From positions 736,001 through 800,000 of the forward strand of contig OZ244044.1 of the NCBI GenBank assembly GCA_965215275.1: a DNA stretch of 64,000 nucleotides, read 5' to 3'. Shown here one piece after another: positions 58,672 to 64,000 of the stretch. The notes under the pieces are model-generated. The model was not told the origin of the DNA and did no database searches. It was given only the letters and a program-made list of their open reading frames with translations. Position numbers and translations under genes: made by a program. Origin of the DNA: Thermodesulfobacteriota bacterium. GTDB lineage: Bacteria > Desulfobacterota_D > UBA1144 > Nemesobacterales > JAJCZQ01. Position 1 is the first letter of the stretch, and every line of letters starts with the position of its first letter.

Positions 58672-61002
58672 TTAATACATCTTTATATGAGGCCTTATCT
58701 TCCTTCTGATCACTACTGATACAGGTATCAGCATCAGACATGCAATTACTCCAAGCAGATCAGAAACAACATCGTTCTGATCGGAGATCGTACATCCTCC
58801 TCCACCGCCGGCATCAGTATCTGGCGTCCGGTCTTCTATTGGACTATTTACCCTGATCGCAAAACTCAACGAAGCCATATCTCCATCTGCGTCTGTTACC
58901 GTATATGTGTAAGTAGTTCTTCTCATTGCACTGGTGAGTGTTCCACTTATCACTCGAGTGGTTTTATTAAAACTCAATTCAGCAGGTAAAGCAGGAGTTA
59001 AACTGTAAGTTAATGGAGCATTCCCTCCTGTTGCAGCAGGTAACGTTTCTGTTACTGCTGTACCCCACATATACTCCTTATCAGTTATCATCTCATTGCC
59101 AAAGGTCAGTGCTGTATGACCATGAACTTGAACGCTCCACGAGTGTAAAGTCCCTATACCATTTCCAGAACGAGTGTCAGATATCTTCAAAGTCCATTCT
59201 CCAGAAGGGTCTTCTTCGAGATGCTTAGCTGAACCAAAGCGATGAGTGTGGTTGGTGTATGCAAAATCCCCGCGTAAGATCTGAGAGACATATATAACCG
59301 ATCCCGCTACATATTCCTCGGTAAGTTGCGACACAGTACCCTCAGGGGACGTTATCTGTATCTCTAACTCCGGAAAGAAAGTGTGAGTGAACGTGAGAAC
59401 TATCTGTACAAATTCTGTAAAAAGATCAGTATCAGTTATGGTCAGGGTGCTTGTAATTCCAAGTGGGTCATTATCAGGAATTGCCTCCTCGACACTCTCA
59501 TAAGCAATCAGAGTTCTCATCTGTGGAACCCTGTTCCAACTTCTGGAAAGTTCTACTGCAGCCTCAGCATCCACTACGCCAAAACCGTACTTTGGATTGT
59601 AATTATAACTGTCTGTATCAGAACGGTATTTAAGTGCTCCCATCTCCCAGCCCGGATCGGTCGGGTCGGTCTTGCGGGCTGAAGCTGCCAGTATCAGTTT
59701 CAGGTCCCTCCAGCTAAGATCACCGTTTACCTCCCGCATCAGTGCTGCAACCCCCGAAACGATCGGAGCAGAAAGTGACGTTCCGTTAACTCCAATACGA
59801 TAACGGTCTTTATTAGTGGTCGTTGTAATAAGCGAACCTGGAGCACATACCCACAGATTTACTCCCTCTTCCGAAAAGGAACTTTTCCTGCCACTGCCAT
59901 CTACAGAACAGATGGAAGTTACAGCGTAGTGGTTAGAATACTCTTCAAAATTAGCCTGGTCGTATAAAGTATGTCCATTTCCAGCTGCCCAGCTGTAAAA
60001 AACTCCTTTGCCACCAAACCCTTCCCTGATACCTGTTTCCACTGCCATTTCCCAAGCACTGTCAGCAGGGTGAAGAACGGCAGTATCCGGTGCTCCCCAG
60101 CTGTTGTTGGATACTGCAGTTGTAGTTCGGTTACGGGTCATAGCATCCGCCCTGTTAGCCCTAGTAAAATTACCCCCTCCTATCAAGTTATAATTATAGA
60201 TACTTGCCTGAGGTGCCACTCCTCTTATACCAATCCCATTATCACCCACCGCTGCTAAAATGCCCGATACATTTGTACCATGAGCATCTAAAGGATTAAA
60301 TACATTTCTGTTTCCAGAGTAATCATGATTCAGGCTGGGATTTACATTGGCAGCCAGGTCCTCATGATCGGGGTCCATACCACTATCTACCACCGCCACG
60401 TTAATTCCATTCCCAAATACTGCATCATTCCAGACCCCCTCCACGTTTATATCTTCTCCAGCAGTTATTCTCTGCCCGTTGAACTCCAACTGCCCCGTAT
60501 TTTTCAGATGATACTGACAGCCATATAAGGGATCGTTAAAATTAGTGGCAATGTTCCCACAATCAGATAACAGATCATTATAATCAGTATCCGTTGCAAC
60601 TGTAATCTGGTAATCAACAGCTCCACTGCTTCCCACAACGATATAGTACGTTCCAGGTCTGAGACGAGCTGGAATTCCGAGGCGAGCTATAAGACTGTTA
60701 GTCCTATTTGCTATCAGATTATAGTTGCTGTCACAAAGCTGTAAACTGTAATCTAAATTATTATGGGTGAAGGTTGTCTCTATATTTACGTTAACGTCAG
60801 ATGCCGGGTCTATCTGAAAATATTCCAGTCCACCGGCACTTTCAAAACTTCCATCGTGTGCTGCTCCGTCCACTGTCAACGTGGCTTCAACCGTTTCACT
60901 GGAGTCGCAATTATTATCACTGGTCTGACCATATGCACCTATGGACACAAAACACATGAATGCAGATACAAAACACAGCAGATAAAATGATGGGAATTGC
61001 AT
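58672..61002 (-). CDS. Kexin-like S8 serine protease (intact triad) with PPC-like N domain, P domain, Ig-like repeat and GGGGC-TM tail
   Basis: VAVVDSG, AHGT, AAGNG, NGTSLSAP. Confidence 0.92.
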   Translation of the reverse strand: MQFPSFYLLCFVSAFMCFVSIGAYGQTSDNNCDSSETVEATLTVDGAAHDGSFESAGGLEYFQIDPASDVNVNIETTFTHNNLDYSLQLCDSNYNLIANRTNSLIARLGIPARLRPGTYYIVVGSSGAVDYQITVATDTDYNDLLSDCGNIATNFNDPLYGCQYHLKNTGQLEFNGQRITAGEDINVEGVWNDAVFGNGINVAVVDSGMDPDHEDLAANVNPSLNHDYSGNRNVFNPLDAHGTNVSGILAAVGDNGIGIRGVAPQASIYNYNLIGGGNFTRANRADAMTRNRTTTAVSNNSWGAPDTAVLHPADSAWEMAVETGIREGFGGKGVFYSWAAGNGHTLYDQANFEEYSNHYAVTSICSVDGSGRKSSFSEEGVNLWVCAPGSLITTTTNKDRYRIGVNGTSLSAPIVSGVAALMREVNGDLSWRDLKLILAASARKTDPTDPGWEMGALKYRSDTDSYNYNPKYGFGVVDAEAAVELSRSWNRVPQMRTLIAYESVEEAIPDNDPLGITSTLTITDTDLFTEFVQIVLTFTHTFFPELEIQITSPEGTVSQLTEEYVAGSVIYVSQILRGDFAYTNHTHRFGSAKHLEEDPSGEWTLKISDTRSGNGIGTLHSWSVQVHGHTALTFGNEMITDKEYMWGTAVTETLPAATGGNAPLTYSLTPALPAELSFNKTTRVISGTLTSAMRRTTYTYTVTDADGDMASLSFAIRVNSPIEDRTPDTDAGGGGGCTISDQNDVVSDLLGVIACLMLIPVSVVIRRKIRPHIKMY

Positions 61003-61634
61003 GTTTATAACTTCTGTTTGTAATTACCTGATCGCAACCTCACGCCATCAGTTGTAATTTGATAATACCATACTACTGTAAAAAAGAATTTTGGTCTTTT
61101 TAGTTGCTGAGGATATTTGCATCTTTAATGACTCTGATAAGGTAATTGCACTTGGTTTTAACAAACTGTTTATCCTCAATCTTCTCGACATCGAATGCAA
61201 TCTAAACTTACCTATTTTTATAAATAAACCTCTGATCTTTGACTATGAACATCTGAAAGTTATAAGAGCAACATTTACTTTAAAGTGCGGGCAGATGGGT
61301 TATAATACACAACGGATCTAATATATCATGGGATGTATAAAGGATATGAATTATTTCCTTTTATGTCTCGCAGGATATGATAATAAATATAAACTCAAAG
61401 GAATGTGTCCTGTGTTCGGGTTAGATGGTTATACTAATCATAAGAATGATGTTGATTTTATGATCAAAGATTTCAAAGGTATTACAGACGATACTGTTTA
61501 CTAGATCACAGAAGGAATATTTAGTAAAGTATATTTTAGTCCATTCCCAGGAAGAGATATTAACGTTTACATATGTAGTTTTTTAATTATTTCTTGTTTA
61601 CTAAAGTATATCATTCCGAAAAATCCAATAGAGG

Positions 61635-61853
61635 TTGATCATGCAGAAAAGCACTAACGTGAGAAATGGTAAAGATACCGCGCAGGATTATCATTTTCTT
61701 ATAACTAAAGCGTGGAAAAGAAGTAGAAAAAGAGATGCCAAAAAGTCCCTTGATGAGGGTGTCCTGGAATACAAACAAATGGTAAACGAACCACCTTGTG
61801 AGCGTGATGAGGACCGTGGATGTGTAAATATCAGTGAGCCAACCTGTCAATGA
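61635..61853 (+). CDS. Hypothetical protein
   Basis: 72-aa ORF with GAGG RBS and ATGA overlap with the epimerase. Confidence 0.4.
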   Translation: MIMQKSTNVRNGKDTAQDYHFLITKAWKRSRKRDAKKSLDEGVLEYKQMVNEPPCERDEDRGCVNISEPTCQ

Positions 61854-62779
61854 GAATAATACTAACAGGTGGTGCAGGGTTTATAGGGTCCTGGGTTGCA
61901 GACCACTACTTAAAAAACGGCCACGAAGTACTAATCATAGATAACTTGTCCAGTGGCAAGAGAGAGAACGTTCCATCAGGTGCCGAACTTGTTGAAGCGG
62001 ACATCAGGGACGCAGATGCCATGGAGAGGATATTTAAACAGTTCAAGCCGGAAGTTGTCAACCACCACGCCGCACAGACGAACGTCAGGGTATCGGTTGA
62101 CGACCCTCAGTTTGACGCTGCAGTTAATGTGACCGGCACACTTAACGTTCTTGAAAATTCCAGAAAGGCCGGAGTTAAGAAGTTCATCTTTGCTTCAACG
62201 GGCGGAGCGATATACGGGGAGCCGGAGATATTACCCGCAGATGAATCGGTAAAGGAAGAACCCCTGTCTCCTTACGGAGTTTCAAAACTCTGTACCGAAT
62301 CCTACCTTGATTATTATAAGAAAGTACACGGGCTGAGCTATGTAGCACTCAGGTACGCAAACGTTTACGGACAGAGACAGAACCCGCACGGCGGAGCAGG
62401 TATAGTGGCAATTTTCTGTACTAACATGCTCAACGGGACCGACTGTAAGATCTTTGGCAACGGTGAGCAGACAAGGGACTATATACACTGTGAGGACGTA
62501 GCAATGGCAAATACCCTGTGCCTTACGGCACCCGATGGGGTGTATAACATCGGAACGTCAGTTGAAACCTCTATAAATTCAGTGTTTAACGGTCTGAAGG
62601 AGATATCTGGAAGTGATTGCAATGTTCAGTACTTACCGGGGAAACTGGGTGATGTTAAAAGGATCTCACTAAGCAGTTCACTGGCGAACCGGGAATTTCA
62701 ATGGGTGCCTCGTGTAACTTTCCATGAAGGTCTGAAAAAAACATGGGAATGGTTCAGTAAAAACAGCCACTCGGAATAA
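61850..62779 (+). CDS. NAD-dependent epimerase (UDP-glucose 4-epimerase-like)
   Basis: TGGAGFIG, YGVSK, LRYANVYG. Confidence 0.92.
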   Translation: MRIILTGGAGFIGSWVADHYLKNGHEVLIIDNLSSGKRENVPSGAELVEADIRDADAMERIFKQFKPEVVNHHAAQTNVRVSVDDPQFDAAVNVTGTLNVLENSRKAGVKKFIFASTGGAIYGEPEILPADESVKEEPLSPYGVSKLCTESYLDYYKKVHGLSYVALRYANVYGQRQNPHGGAGIVAIFCTNMLNGTDCKIFGNGEQTRDYIHCEDVAMANTLCLTAPDGVYNIGTSVETSINSVFNGLKEISGSDCNVQYLPGKLGDVKRISLSSSLANREFQWVPRVTFHEGLKKTWEWFSKNSHSE

Positions 62780-62845
62780 TACTGTCGTTCTTTGATTGAT
62801 AACTGCTTTATAAATCGTTATCATAGAAGGTCTCGGAGGTAAAAA

Positions 62846-63064
62846 ATGTCCAAGAAGAATGAAAAATTTTATGATGTAAGGGTTTCTGAAAGGTATATAA
62901 AAGAAGGTGTTATAAGTAAAAAACAGTATGAAGATCATATAAAAGGTCTTTCGGACGCTGAAGACAAAAGTGAAGTTCTTGTCATAGAGGAAGGAACGGA
63001 AGAGGAAGGAACGGAAGAGGAAAACGCAGAGGTAGACGAAGATGATGGCAAAGAAACAGAATAA
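62846..63064 (+). CDS. Small protein with acidic tail
   Basis: GGAGG RBS; DVRVSER motif; E/D-rich C-terminus. Confidence 0.7.
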   Translation: MSKKNEKFYDVRVSERYIKEGVISKKQYEDHIKGLSDAEDKSEVLVIEEGTEEEGTEEENAEVDEDDGKETE

Positions 63065-63278
63065 CAATTCAAAATGGGAATATAAAGTTGTTACGAGTGA
63101 TTATCTGACAAAAGAAGCTCAAAGCCATGATATTGCAGTTTCACGCGAAGCTTCAACCGCAATAAAGGAAACGGTCAGGGGAAATTTGGAGTCATCCCTG
63201 AGTAATCTGGGAAAGAACGGCTGGGAATTTACAGCCGTTATGGGTGAATTTGTAATATTTAAAAGACCTAAAGACTGA
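63042..63278 (+). CDS. DUF4177-like protein
   Basis: WEYKVV...LGKNGWE...IFKRP. Confidence 0.75.
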   Translation: MMAKKQNNNSKWEYKVVTSDYLTKEAQSHDIAVSREASTAIKETVRGNLESSLSNLGKNGWEFTAVMGEFVIFKRPKD

Positions 63279-63316
63279 TCTGATAGACACTCTCTGTTTC
63301 TCATATATTGTCTAAA

Positions 63317-63360
63317 AGGAATTATATACATAAATTGAGGAAGTTATATACGTAATTTGA
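63317..63360. repeat. Two tandem left-end motif copies
   Basis: aggaattatatacataaattga followed by ggaagttatatacgtaatttga. Confidence 0.7.
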
Positions 63361-63395
63361 CAAGCCAATTACAAGAAAACGAAGAGGAGTTGATT

Positions 63396-64000
63396 ATGGC
63401 TATTTTTGAATTACAGGACGGGAAATTTAATAGTCTTAAAAAAATTGATTTTGGTACAGAGAATATCCTTGAAACAAATATCCAAGATGCCGTAAAGGAT
63501 AATATTGATGTCATAGCCTCAGATTGTATTATAATTGCCAAAGAATTCTCACAATGGAACGATTCAAATCGTAGAATTGATCTCCTTGCTGTTGACAAAA
63601 AGGCAAATCTTGTTGTCATTGAGTTAAAGCGTAAAGATGGTAGAGATATGGAACTTCAGTCATTGCGGTATGCTGCAATGGTTTCAACTCTTACCTATGA
63701 AGATGCTGTAAAAACTTATGAAAAGTATCTTGAATCAATAGGTAGTAATTCTAATGATGCTGAAAACAACCTTCTTAATCATTTTGGATGGGAAGATACA
63801 CCTAAAGAAGATAAGTTTGCATTAAATGTTCGTATTATCCTTGTATCAGAGGATTTTTCCTCCGAACTGGCAACAACTGTCCTGTGGCTAAATGAGATAA
63901 CAAGTGAGACCATACCAAAAATCACCTGCATTCGTTTAATTCCTTATAAATATGAGGATAAGATATTTATAGCTCCTCAACAGATAATCCCATTACCCGA
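63396..64000 (+). CDS. NucS/DUF91-like PD-(D/E)XK endonuclease (partial, runs off window; absent from ORF track)
   Basis: MAIFELQ...RRIDLLAVDKKANLVVIELKR...LQSLRYAA; GAGGAG RBS. Confidence 0.8.
   Translation, partial: MAIFELQDGKFNSLKKIDFGTENILETNIQDAVKDNIDVIASDCIIIAKEFSQWNDSNRRIDLLAVDKKANLVVIELKRKDGRDMELQSLRYAAMVSTLTYEDAVKTYEKYLESIGSNSNDAENNLLNHFGWEDTPKEDKFALNVRIILVSEDFSSELATTVLWLNEITSETIPKITCIRLIPYKYEDKIFIAPQQIIPLP

Larger units (their letters stand above)
58417..61618. mobile_element. Degenerate TIR-bounded cassette carrying S8 protease 3
   Basis: ggaaataatatattttagcac (16/21 to the 36121 end) and ttactaaagtatatcattccg at 61598-61618. Confidence 0.6.

Noticed and set aside
61091..61590. 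Intact gene inside the S8-3 cassette
   Set aside because: Only short broken frames with no recognisable family; at most a decayed remnant.

Overview
Bacterial chromosome segment. A housekeeping backbone (fabH, manC, clpX/clpP/tig, rtcB, greA, carB, thiC, pilD, CDC48-type ATPase, recF, tsaD, coaX, six tRNAs) is interrupted by many short AT-rich accessory blocks. The main signal is a recurring ~21-bp end motif (consensus GGGA(A/C)TTATATACTTTAG, reverse ...AAGTATATAA(T/G)TCCC) present about a dozen times. In inverted orientation it brackets different cargo: catalytically intact TnpB nucleases with a conserved omegaRNA-like 3' region, a type II restriction-modification (RM) pair, and kexin-like S8 proteases. 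Further copies sit just upstream of a NucS-like nuclease at the window edge. No transposase is visible in the window. This looks like a family of non-autonomous TIR-bounded cargo cassettes (IS1595-like by inference) that has captured TnpB; one cassette keeps the omegaRNA-like scaffold but carries a protease instead of TnpB. Other notable content: three unusual defence-like operons (MTase-Z1 helicase-small ORF; nuclease-unknown-TIR domain; ParB-PD(D/E)XK-C5 MTase), two catalytically dead S8 paralogues (one out of frame at a poly-C tract), and several partial duplications of housekeeping genes (greA, clpX zinc finger, thiC 3' end). All calls come from reading motifs by eye; no database searches were run.
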